A DNA stretch of 52,021 bases from an uncultured Methylomarinum sp. (lineage in GTDB: Bacteria; Pseudomonadota; Gammaproteobacteria; Methylococcales; Methylomonadaceae), in NCBI GenBank assembly GCA_964472945.1, contig CAYYNM010000002.1:1-52021 (forward strand), written 5' to 3'. The notes beneath the pieces were generated by a model. That model did not search any database, was not told the DNA's origin, and worked only from the letters and a program-made list of their open reading frames with translations. How positions within the stretch are numbered: the first letter of the stretch is position 1; every line of letters begins with the position of its first letter. Shown one piece after another: positions 26,360 through 35,000 of the stretch. The translations under genes were made by a program, and so were the position numbers.

Positions 26360-27196
26360 GTGAAAAATATATTTGGTGTAATGCAAGGTAGGCTTGTTCC
26401 GAAATACCAAGGAAGATACCAAGCCCACCCCATAGGTAACTGGCAGAGAGAGTTTGAAGTTGCACAAGAAATTGGACTCGATTGTATCGAGTTTATTCTC
26501 GATTATAATGATGCTAATGAAAATCCTCTTTTGAAAGAAGGAGGAGTTAAAGAAATACAGTCAGTGATAGCGAAAACGGATGTTACAGTTAAAACAATTT
26601 GTGCAGATTATTTTATGGAAGCACCATTACATTCTGAAGATATTATAGAAGGAAAAAAGAGTCAGAAAATTATGGAGAGTTTATTGAATAGCGCAGCACA
26701 ACTCGGTGTTTCAGACGTGGTTGTACCCTGTGTAGATCAGTCAACACTTCATAATCAAGAGGCTGCTGATCGTTTCGTAAAGATGATGGCACCGGTTGTA
26801 CTGATTGCTGAACAACATGGCATCAACCTTTCTTTAGAAACAGACTTAGCACCAGCCCCTTTTGCTACTCTACTACAACGATTTAATTCTGATCGCGTTA
26901 CTGTTAATTACGATATTGGTAATAGTGCTGCACTGGGATTTGACCCGATTGAAGAGTTGAATTCATACGGCAAAAAAATTACAGATATTCACATTAAAGA
27001 CCGAGTTCTCGGTGGAGGGCCTGTGGAACTAGGTCAGGGTGATGCTGACTTTAATTCGTTCTTTTTAAAGCTCAAAGAGTTTGATTATACCGGCCCATTT
27101 ATAATGCAAGCTTATAGAGACGATGAAGGTGTTGCTATTTTTAAAAAACAATTAAAGTGGATCAAAAAACAAATGGAAGCATATAGTGCGAGTTAG
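26360..27196 (+). CDS. Xylose-isomerase-like TIM-barrel sugar(-phosphate) isomerase/epimerase
   Basis: 278 aa with a GTG start. Motifs are 'GLDCIEFILD', 'INLSLETD', 'VNYDIGNSAALGFDP', 'DIHIKDR' and 'GQGDADFNSFF', the pattern of the AP-endonuclease-2/UlaE-like fold. Confidence 0.7.
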   Translation: MKNIFGVMQGRLVPKYQGRYQAHPIGNWQREFEVAQEIGLDCIEFILDYNDANENPLLKEGGVKEIQSVIAKTDVTVKTICADYFMEAPLHSEDIIEGKKSQKIMESLLNSAAQLGVSDVVVPCVDQSTLHNQEAADRFVKMMAPVVLIAEQHGINLSLETDLAPAPFATLLQRFNSDRVTVNYDIGNSAALGFDPIEELNSYGKKITDIHIKDRVLGGGPVELGQGDADFNSFFLKLKEFDYTGPFIMQAYRDDEGVAIFKKQLKWIKKQMEAYSAS

Positions 27197-27884
27197 CTCA
27201 ATTATTCTGGCAAGAGGAGGTTCTAAAGGGATACCAAAAAAGAATCTTATAAACTTTTGTGGTAAACCACTTTTAGCATGGACAATCTTACAATCACTAG
27301 CAGCAAATAATGTAAGCGACACTTGGGTTAGCTCGGATAGTCAGGAAATGTTAGACGTAGCAGAGCAATATGGTGCTAAGTCTATTAAACGGCCAGATGA
27401 AATATCAGGGGATACTGAATCTTCAGAATCTGCATGGTTGCATGCAATAGATTTTATTGAAAGTCAACCAGACTCTGCTGCAATTGATTATGTGCTGGCT
27501 CCGCAAGTAACATCGCCATTAAGAGACGCATCTGATTTTTCTAATGCCATAAGTCAGTTTATAACAGAAAAATCTGACACACTTCTCTCTGTAGCAGAAA
27601 TTGAAGACTTTTTTATTTGGAAAAAAGATGAAAATGGAAATCCAGAGTCAGTTAATTATGATTATAAAAACCGAAAACTTCGTCAACAAATAGAAAATAG
27701 ATATTTAGAAAACGGTTCATTTTACATCTTTCCCCCTCAATTTCTGAAAGATAACAATAATAGATTGGGTGGAAAAATATCGCTGTATGAAATGGAGCGA
27801 TATAAAATGTTTCAGATTGATAATATAGAAGATGTTGAACTGTCTTCAGTTATTATGAAAGGATATGGTCTAGACAAAATATGA
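27186..27884 (+). CDS. Second acylneuraminate/ulosonate cytidylyltransferase (CMP-sugar synthetase)
   Basis: 232 aa with a GTG start overlapping the upstream gene. Motifs are 'IILARGGSKGIPKKNL', 'QVTSPLR' and 'NGSFYIF'. Confidence 0.8.
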   Translation: MRVSSIILARGGSKGIPKKNLINFCGKPLLAWTILQSLAANNVSDTWVSSDSQEMLDVAEQYGAKSIKRPDEISGDTESSESAWLHAIDFIESQPDSAAIDYVLAPQVTSPLRDASDFSNAISQFITEKSDTLLSVAEIEDFFIWKKDENGNPESVNYDYKNRKLRQQIENRYLENGSFYIFPPQFLKDNNNRLGGKISLYEMERYKMFQIDNIEDVELSSVIMKGYGLDKI

Positions 27885-28630
27885 GTAACTATATTGATAC
27901 TCTTTTTTCCTTAAAAGGAAAAACTGCAATTATAACGGGGGGATCTCGTGGGATTGGCGCTGGAATTGCACTTGGTTTTTTAAAAGCAGGCGCGAATATT
28001 ATTTGTGTGTCGAGATCAGAAAAAACCGAATTGAATGAACTCCAAGAATTTTATAAACAATGTGATATCACTGATAAGAAGCAATTCGATGCTATATGTA
28101 AGCAAGCTTGTGAATCATATGGAGGAATTGATATCCTTGTTAATGCAGCAGGCATTAGTTTGCCTTCAGATGATTCCTATTCAAAATTTGAACGATTCAC
28201 TAAAACCTTATCCGTTAATTTAATCTCAACCTATCAATGTTGTGAAATAGCATCTGAATTAATGCTAAATGGTGGAGCAATTATTAATATTACAAGTATT
28301 GGATCTATTCTTGGATTTCCTGATAATCCAGGTTATGTAGCAAGCAAAGGAGGCATTAGAGCTTTAACTAAAGCACTTGCTGAGGATTTGTCTGAAAATA
28401 ACATACGAGTCAATAATATCGCGCCTGGTTACACTAAAACTGATATGACTCAAAAAAGTTTTAGTGACTTAGAATTAAATAAGCAAAGAGTAGATAGAAT
28501 GATGATAAAGCGTTGGGGAAGTGTTGAGGATATAGCTGCTGCTGCAATTTTCTTAGCATCAAATGCATCATCATATATCACAGGTACAGACTTAATAGTT
28601 GATGGTGGCTGGACCGCAAAAGGTATCTAA
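27881..28630 (+). CDS. Short-chain dehydrogenase/reductase (classical SDR)
   Basis: 249 aa with an ATGA overlap. Motifs are 'AIITGGSRGIGAGIA' (TGxxxGxG), 'NAAG' and 'YVASKGG' (YxxxK). Confidence 0.85.
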   Translation: MSNYIDTLFSLKGKTAIITGGSRGIGAGIALGFLKAGANIICVSRSEKTELNELQEFYKQCDITDKKQFDAICKQACESYGGIDILVNAAGISLPSDDSYSKFERFTKTLSVNLISTYQCCEIASELMLNGGAIINITSIGSILGFPDNPGYVASKGGIRALTKALAEDLSENNIRVNNIAPGYTKTDMTQKSFSDLELNKQRVDRMMIKRWGSVEDIAAAAIFLASNASSYITGTDLIVDGGWTAKGI

Positions 28631-28631
28631 T

Positions 28632-29405
28632 GTGAATTTACAGTTGTCTGGGAAAAAGGTTCTTGTTACTGGCTCGTCTCAAGGTATAGGTGCCGCTATC
28701 GCCATTGGTTTTCTTAATGAAGGAGCTGATGTTGTTATTGTCTCAAGAGGCAAAGAAAAACTGTCCGCTTTGGCAAGTAAACTGAAAACTAAATATGGTA
28801 AAAGTCGAATACTTCATGCTACTTGTGATTGTGCTGATGCAGAGTCTCTTGAAGGATTAAGAAATTTTATCATTGCTAAGTGGGACAGGTTAGATATTGT
28901 TATCGCTAATGTAGGCGATGGAAAAAGTGTTCCTGAGGCTATTCCAAGTGATGAAGAATGGGTAAGAACATGGAATAGTAATTTTGAATCTGCACTTCAA
29001 ACATCACGAGTCTTTCTTCCTGAACTAAAAGTATCAAAAGGCAATTTACTTTTTATATCTTCAATAACCGCGCTGGAGGCATTTGGTGCACCGGTTGATT
29101 ACTCAACTGCTAAAACAGCGGTTGTTGCCTTTGCAAAAAATATAGCGAGAAAATTAGCACAAGAAGTTCGGGTTAATGTTTTAGCTCCGGGCAATGTTAA
29201 TTTTCCCGGAAGTTCTTGGGATAAAAAAATTAAGTCTGATCCTGAACGGATTAAAATATTAATAGAAAATACAGTTCCAATGAATCGCTTTGGAACACCT
29301 GAAGAAATAGCAGATGCTGCCATCTTTTTGTGTTCAGAAAAGGCAAATTTCATTACTGGTTCAGTGTTGGTGATTGATGGTGGTCAAACAGTAGGTATTT
29401 TGTAA
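28632..29405 (+). CDS. Short-chain dehydrogenase/reductase (classical SDR)
   Basis: GTG 28632 gives 'MNLQLSGKKVLVTGSSQGIGAAIA'; the track ORF extends to ATG 28599, overlapping the upstream gene. 'YSTAKTA' is the YxxxK motif. Confidence 0.82.
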   Translation: MNLQLSGKKVLVTGSSQGIGAAIAIGFLNEGADVVIVSRGKEKLSALASKLKTKYGKSRILHATCDCADAESLEGLRNFIIAKWDRLDIVIANVGDGKSVPEAIPSDEEWVRTWNSNFESALQTSRVFLPELKVSKGNLLFISSITALEAFGAPVDYSTAKTAVVAFAKNIARKLAQEVRVNVLAPGNVNFPGSSWDKKIKSDPERIKILIENTVPMNRFGTPEEIADAAIFLCSEKANFITGSVLVIDGGQTVGIL

Positions 29406-29407
29406 AT

Positions 29408-30244
29408 ATGAAAAATAATTTAGATACATTATTCAACTTAGAAGGCCAGGTTATCGTCATCACTGGTGCTGCTGGTCTACTCGGAAAACAACACGCTGAA
29501 GCGGTTGCAGCTTATGGTGGAACCCCAATTTTATTGGATCTTTCCCAAGAAGCTGTTGATACATTAGCAAAGCAGCTGAATGAGAAATATGATGTAAAGT
29601 CATCAGGTTTTGCGGTAGACATTACCGATGAAAAGCAAATAGAAGAGAATTCCAGTTTATTGATAAAACAATACGGCAAGATCGATGGACTTGTTAATAA
29701 TGCTGCAAACAACCCTAAAGTAGAGGATAGCTCAGAGAAAAATTTTTCGAGGCTTGAGAACTTTCCAATTGATGTTTGGAATCAAGATATTGCGGTGGGA
29801 TTGACTGGATCATTTCTTTGTTCGAAACACTATGGTTATCAGATCTCTCAAAATTCCAATGGTGGGAGTATCGTAAATATTTCCTCTGATCTTGGTTTAA
29901 TGGCGCCAGACCAAAGACTCTATGCTAAGCAAGGATTAGCTGAAGAGCTACAGCCCGTTAAACCAATAACTTACTCGATTGTTAAAACGGGAATGATAGG
30001 TTTGACAAGGTATTTAGCTACTTATTGGGCCGAAAAGAATGTTCGTTGCAATGCAATATGCCCAGGTGGAGTTGAAAATGGACAACCTGAAGATTTTTTA
30101 AAAGAGGTGTCTTCAAGAATCCCTATGAATAGGTTGGCGAATAGTAATGAATATCAAGGAACGCTACTTTGGATGTTGAGCGAAGCCTCTAGCTATTTAA
30201 ATGGAGCAATTGTGCCAGTAGAAGGTGGACGAACCGTTTGGTAA
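29408..30244 (+). CDS. Short-chain dehydrogenase/reductase (longer SDR variant)
   Basis: 278 aa. Motifs are 'VIVITGAAGLLGKQHA', 'NNAA' and 'YSIVKTG' (YxxxK). Confidence 0.82.
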   Translation: MKNNLDTLFNLEGQVIVITGAAGLLGKQHAEAVAAYGGTPILLDLSQEAVDTLAKQLNEKYDVKSSGFAVDITDEKQIEENSSLLIKQYGKIDGLVNNAANNPKVEDSSEKNFSRLENFPIDVWNQDIAVGLTGSFLCSKHYGYQISQNSNGGSIVNISSDLGLMAPDQRLYAKQGLAEELQPVKPITYSIVKTGMIGLTRYLATYWAEKNVRCNAICPGGVENGQPEDFLKEVSSRIPMNRLANSNEYQGTLLWMLSEASSYLNGAIVPVEGGRTVW

Positions 30245-30355
30245 AATAAATTCATTTTATCATTATGAATTTAGACAACCATGTAGAGTTATGCTTATGA
30301 AACAATTAATAACTATTCATTAGTTTTGATGTAAGTAAAAGGAAATAGTAACTAT

Positions 30356-31708
30356 ATGTCAAAAGAGTTGTTGGATAGAGAAAAAAATTACATGGATTTT
30401 GTAGAGCGCTGTTCTGATAACGCATTTCCAGATAGCTTATCTAATTTGTTGTATTATGAGAAAAGTTTATTTTTAAGAATTTGTGCTGGTCAGAGGTTAC
30501 TAAAAGGTTTATTTTTTAATGGGCACAAGGAGAGACTTTTAAATATTTCACAGTATGGTCCACAGAGGTTTTTTTTAGAATTAATAGTTATTCACTTACA
30601 CATTCCTTTGTTTTTAGCGCGAGTATTGTCAAAAATTAAATTTAGTATCACCTTATTCCGCTTATCATTGCGTTGGACAAGTAAAGAGTCTGCTAGTGAT
30701 TTATCCAATTATGAAAATCTAACCTTTCTAATGTCAGATTTTGCTAGATTAACCAATAGATTTACTGATGTCATTAGAGATGCTAAAAACCTTTGTGAGA
30801 TTCATTCTGACTGTGAAGTAAGATTGATTGCTAATGGTGATCATAGTTATTTCTTTTTACCACGGTTGTCACTTAATCAGTTCTTGAGCGTATTGCGCGC
30901 ACCATCATGGAAAATGACGTATTTAATCCGCGCTTATAGACAGCACAACTTTATTGAGAAATATAATATTGATAATGCTTATATTGTAGATGGTGACTCT
31001 CCTAGCAGTGTAAGTTCTGCTTATGCAGCGAATTTATCTGATACTACCAGCACTTGTATTCAATGGGGAACGATGGCTATGGGTATTAAACCTGGATACA
31101 AACTTTTTCCGTTTAACTATTTTTTATGTACAGGACAATATTATGTTGATTTACTAAGTCCTTTTTCAGATAGAACTAAATTCCTGGTAAGTGAATTTAT
31201 AAATAATGCCAAATTTGATGAAAAAATTGATTTTAATAGATGCGGCTCAGTATTGTTCGTATTGAATGAATCAGAAACAGCAATTTCAAAAGAGGAATCT
31301 GATTTTTTAATAAATTTATGTGTCGAAACAAAGAAGCGATTTCCAGATTTAAATGTTACCGCTAGACCTCATCCAGATATGTTTTTAAATGAGGTGGCTG
31401 TCAGTTTATTTAAAGAGTGTGGGGTGGTTATCGATAACGCCACTAATCCAAATATTGCATTAAGTGAAAATAAATTTTTGGTTGGGCATGTATCAAGCCT
31501 TATGATTGAATCTATAGAATATGATTGTTTCCCTATATTTATGGAGATAGGTATAAAACAGCTACATCCAGATTTGGTGGCTTTATCTGCTGCAATGAAG
31601 TTTGAAACAAAAAAAGAGTGGTTTCTATTATTAGATGACCTATTAAAAAACTATTGTAACTATACAGCGCAAACATCACTTAAGATGTCTTTAAATAATA
31701 GAGAGTAA
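30356..31708 (+). CDS. Large orphan protein; second candidate CMP-ulosonic-acid transferase
   Basis: 450 aa with no clear TM segment. The C-terminal half has 'VLFVLNESE', 'VTARPHPDMF' (HP motif) and 'LVGHVSSLMIESIEYDCFPIF', the same order of blocks as in ORF 22353. No family is assigned. Confidence 0.35.
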   Translation: MSKELLDREKNYMDFVERCSDNAFPDSLSNLLYYEKSLFLRICAGQRLLKGLFFNGHKERLLNISQYGPQRFFLELIVIHLHIPLFLARVLSKIKFSITLFRLSLRWTSKESASDLSNYENLTFLMSDFARLTNRFTDVIRDAKNLCEIHSDCEVRLIANGDHSYFFLPRLSLNQFLSVLRAPSWKMTYLIRAYRQHNFIEKYNIDNAYIVDGDSPSSVSSAYAANLSDTTSTCIQWGTMAMGIKPGYKLFPFNYFLCTGQYYVDLLSPFSDRTKFLVSEFINNAKFDEKIDFNRCGSVLFVLNESETAISKEESDFLINLCVETKKRFPDLNVTARPHPDMFLNEVAVSLFKECGVVIDNATNPNIALSENKFLVGHVSSLMIESIEYDCFPIFMEIGIKQLHPDLVALSAAMKFETKKEWFLLLDDLLKNYCNYTAQTSLKMSLNNRE

Positions 31709-31720
31709 TTTGTATGGTAT
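31688..31720. repeat. Direct repeat copy A (33 nt; 30/33 identical to copy B)
   Basis: TCTTTAAATAATAGAGAGTAATTTGTATGGTAT. It contains the last 6 codons plus the stop of ORF 30356-31708 and a dead 'ATG GTA TAA'. Confidence 0.9.
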
Positions 31721-32301
31721 AAAAAAGTTGGAGATGATGTATTGATATCTTCTAATATTGCTTTCACTTTATTATGGGAAATATATCTCTACCTTTATTA
31801 GAAGTTTTTTATTTGAAGTTTTATTATGTGTGGGTAGGCTAGAAATTTAGCATGGTGATAGAACGTCTGGAATGTGATTGCTTGTTAGCTTTCATGATAT
31901 CGGATTAAATTATTTATAACTTGAATTAATTAAGTTGTTAGCAGTAAAGTTTTTTAAAATGAAATAAATGGTTTGATATTGTTAATAATATCAATTAATA
32001 ATTACGGATTTCCTTCAAAATTAAAGTTGGCACAGGTTTGCTATGAATAATACAAGGTCATAGAGTATTAATAAAACTCTAATTTTTAGTTAGGTATTAT
32101 ATCAATAATAATCTCATTTCTTCGAATTTATGTTAACAATAATTATTAATAAAAAATAATTCAATTTACAATGAGCGCGCTAGAATATAAAGATATCTAT
32201 TTTTATTAGATATGATTGATTCCTGATGAATTATATTAAATCTGATTTTCTATCAGCTTATGATAAATATATTGTAATAATAAGGGTAAGTTTTTTATAA
32301 T

Positions 32302-33855
32302 ATGCTTTTTAATTCATATGAGTTCATTTTTCTTTTTCTACCCTTAACGCTACTTGTTTTTTATTTAATAGGCGCGCAAGGATATCATCGAATTGCAATT
32401 GCTTGGTTGGTTGGTGCATCACTCTTCTTTTATAGCTGGTGGAATCCTGCATATCTTGGGCTGATGCTATTCTCAATAATCTTTAACTATAGTATTGGTG
32501 TAGCACTTGGAATTAACCAAAATAGCCCACAGAAAAAATTAATACTGTTTTTGGGCGTTGCAACAAACTTAAGCTTACTTGGATATTTTAAATATGCCAA
32601 TTTTTTTGTAGAAAATATCAACTCATTGAATAGTAATGATTTTAATTTCAATGAAATTATCCTTCCTCTTGCTATTAGCTTCTTCACCTTTCAGCAAATA
32701 GCTTATCTTGTTGACACATACCGAGGAGAGACTAAGGAGTATAATTTTCTCCACTATTGCCTCTTTGTTACATTTTTCCCACAATTAATCGCGGGACCTA
32801 TTGTTCATCATAAGGAGATGTTGCCACAGTTTGCAAAAGATATTGTGTATAGAATGCAAGCTAAAAATTTTTCAATAGGTTTAACTATCTTAGCTATAGG
32901 GCTTTTTAAAAAAGTTGTTCTTGCAGATGGTATATCAATTTATGCAATCCCCGTATTTGATCTTGCTGAAGCAGGTGGGGCGTTAACAATTTTTGAGGCT
33001 TGGGGCGGGGCATTAGCATATAGTTTCCAACTCTATTTTGATTTTTCTGGTTACTCTGATATGGCAATAGGATTAGCTAGAATGTTTGGAATACGCCTTC
33101 CACAAAACTTTAATTCACCTTATAAGGCGACTTCTATTATTGATTTTTGGGGGCGTTGGCATATTACATTGTCTAGATTTCTGCGTGACTACGTATATAT
33201 TCCTCTTGGCGGAAATAGAAAAGGTGAATTTCGTCGCCTTACAAATATATTGTTTACAATGCTGCTGGGTGGTTTATGGCATGGCGCTGGGTGGACTTTT
33301 GTTCTGTGGGGAGGACTACATGGTACTTATCTTGTTATTAATCATATTTGGCGAAAAATATTTAGTTCAAAGATAAAATCTAAGTCTGGTATATTTATTG
33401 CGTGGATATTAACCATGTTTGCTATAGTCATATCTTGGGTTCCTTTTAGGGCAGCAAGTATAGAGGGAGCGAATAATATGTTAATAGCAATGGTTGGGGG
33501 GAATGGCATTTCTTTGCCAGCACGACTTACGGGGAGTATTGGCAATCTAGAACATTGGTTGGTTGAATACGGGGTTACTTATACTAGTGTTTTTTATAAC
33601 GGAGTATTCGACCTGCAAGGAGTAGTATGGATTGTAGTCTTACTTTTAATTTCTGTTTCTTTGCCAAACATACAACAAATTATGTTTCATACTAACTCTG
33701 ATACTGAATGTTTTAAAGGTGAGGTTTCAAAATTACGACATCACTGGATTAAGTGGCAACCATCAAGAGCATGGTCCATATTTACAGCAGTAGTTTTCCT
33801 GATTTCAATTATAAATTTATCAAAAGCGAGTGAGTTTTTATATTTTCAATTTTAA
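32302..33855 (+). CDS. MBOAT-family membrane O-acyltransferase (AlgI/DltB-like)
   Basis: 517 aa and polytopic. It has the 'MLFNSYEFIFLFLPLTLLVFYL' N-terminus, 'FFTFQQIAYLVD', 'DFSGYSDMAIGLARMFG' and 'GGLWHGAGWTF' (conserved His). Confidence 0.9.
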   Translation: MLFNSYEFIFLFLPLTLLVFYLIGAQGYHRIAIAWLVGASLFFYSWWNPAYLGLMLFSIIFNYSIGVALGINQNSPQKKLILFLGVATNLSLLGYFKYANFFVENINSLNSNDFNFNEIILPLAISFFTFQQIAYLVDTYRGETKEYNFLHYCLFVTFFPQLIAGPIVHHKEMLPQFAKDIVYRMQAKNFSIGLTILAIGLFKKVVLADGISIYAIPVFDLAEAGGALTIFEAWGGALAYSFQLYFDFSGYSDMAIGLARMFGIRLPQNFNSPYKATSIIDFWGRWHITLSRFLRDYVYIPLGGNRKGEFRRLTNILFTMLLGGLWHGAGWTFVLWGGLHGTYLVINHIWRKIFSSKIKSKSGIFIAWILTMFAIVISWVPFRAASIEGANNMLIAMVGGNGISLPARLTGSIGNLEHWLVEYGVTYTSVFYNGVFDLQGVVWIVVLLLISVSLPNIQQIMFHTNSDTECFKGEVSKLRHHWIKWQPSRAWSIFTAVVFLISIINLSKASEFLYFQF

Positions 33856-33894
33856 AATTGAAGAAAATAAATATTTATTTAAAATCTAGCAATT

Positions 33895-34944
33895 ATGAAA
33901 TTTTCGACATACTTAGTAAGCACGATCTCATTAGTTTTTCTTGGGCTTATGATTGTATCAATAACTAATTATACCGTTGATCCAGCTGGTATCTACCATA
34001 AGTATAAGTTTTCAGAAAAGCTTGTTTTGAAATTAGCGTCATCTAAGAATGGATTGATATTTCGTGGTGCCTGGAACAATAGAGATGTTGTCTTAGCCCT
34101 GGCAAAATACTCTGCCGAAACTTCTTGTTATGTAATTGGTAGTAGTCATGTGGGTCATATTGGATCTGCTAGGCAGAAAAAATCACTCACTCATAGTTGC
34201 CCAGATCTGATAAACCTATCAGTGGCAGGAGCTTCATTAGAAGATTATATTGCTCTATCAAGCGCTATCTTAGAAAATAAAAACCAGCCTAAAACTATTG
34301 TTTTTGGAATTGACCCCTGGAGTTTAAATTTTAATCGAGACAAAAGGTGGCTTAGATATAAGGATGAATATGAGTCTTTATCACAAACAATAAGTAATAC
34401 TAACAATAAATATTATATAGAAAACTCATTAATAAAAAATCTAATTAATGCCGAATATTTTATTCGCTCTATTAATAATATTAAATCAACAGATAAAACG
34501 ATTACTGAGGCCCCTGATTTTGATCAAATAGTTGGTTATAACGAACCAGTACGATTACCCGATGGTAGTTCTGTGTACTCTAAAAAGACTATCCAAAAGA
34601 GAAAAGGTCAAGTCGTGACAGGACTCCACCGTTATAAAATTGTTGAAAATGTTTGGTATAGTGAAAATGCTGTTAAGACATTTAATCTTCTCCTGAAGTA
34701 CTTACAACAAAGGTATAAAGTAATATTAGTTTTGGCACCTTACCACCCCGCTATTTGGAAGCATGAAGATCAGCCTATTGTTACTGCAATGAAGGTTATA
34801 GAAGATAAAGTACATGAGATAGCCAAATCTTTAAGCATAAAAGTTCTTGGTTCATATGATCCTGAAATAGTTGGTTGTACAGCAGGAGATTTTATTGATG
34901 ATATGCATTCATCAGCCGATTGTATGATGAAATTAGAAAGATGA
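33895..34944 (+). CDS. Membrane-anchored periplasmic SGNH/DltD-like partner of the MBOAT
   Basis: 349 aa. An N-terminal signal anchor (LVSTISLVFLGLMIVSI) is followed by 'VIGSSHVG' (block I Ser candidate) and the C-terminal 'IDDMHSS' (DxxH block V candidate). It lies immediately downstream of the MBOAT. Confidence 0.55.
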   Translation: MKFSTYLVSTISLVFLGLMIVSITNYTVDPAGIYHKYKFSEKLVLKLASSKNGLIFRGAWNNRDVVLALAKYSAETSCYVIGSSHVGHIGSARQKKSLTHSCPDLINLSVAGASLEDYIALSSAILENKNQPKTIVFGIDPWSLNFNRDKRWLRYKDEYESLSQTISNTNNKYYIENSLIKNLINAEYFIRSINNIKSTDKTITEAPDFDQIVGYNEPVRLPDGSSVYSKKTIQKRKGQVVTGLHRYKIVENVWYSENAVKTFNLLLKYLQQRYKVILVLAPYHPAIWKHEDQPIVTAMKVIEDKVHEIAKSLSIKVLGSYDPEIVGCTAGDFIDDMHSSADCMMKLER

Positions 34945-34967
34945 TAATGTGGTATAACAATAATCAA

Positions 34968-35000
34968 TCTTTCAACAATAGAGAGTAATATGTATGGTAT
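34968..35000. repeat. Direct repeat copy B (33 nt)
   Basis: TCTTTCAACAATAGAGAGTAATATGTATGGTAT. It carries a relic '...SFNNRE*' reading and the functional ATG (34994) of the Wzy-like gene. Confidence 0.9.
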
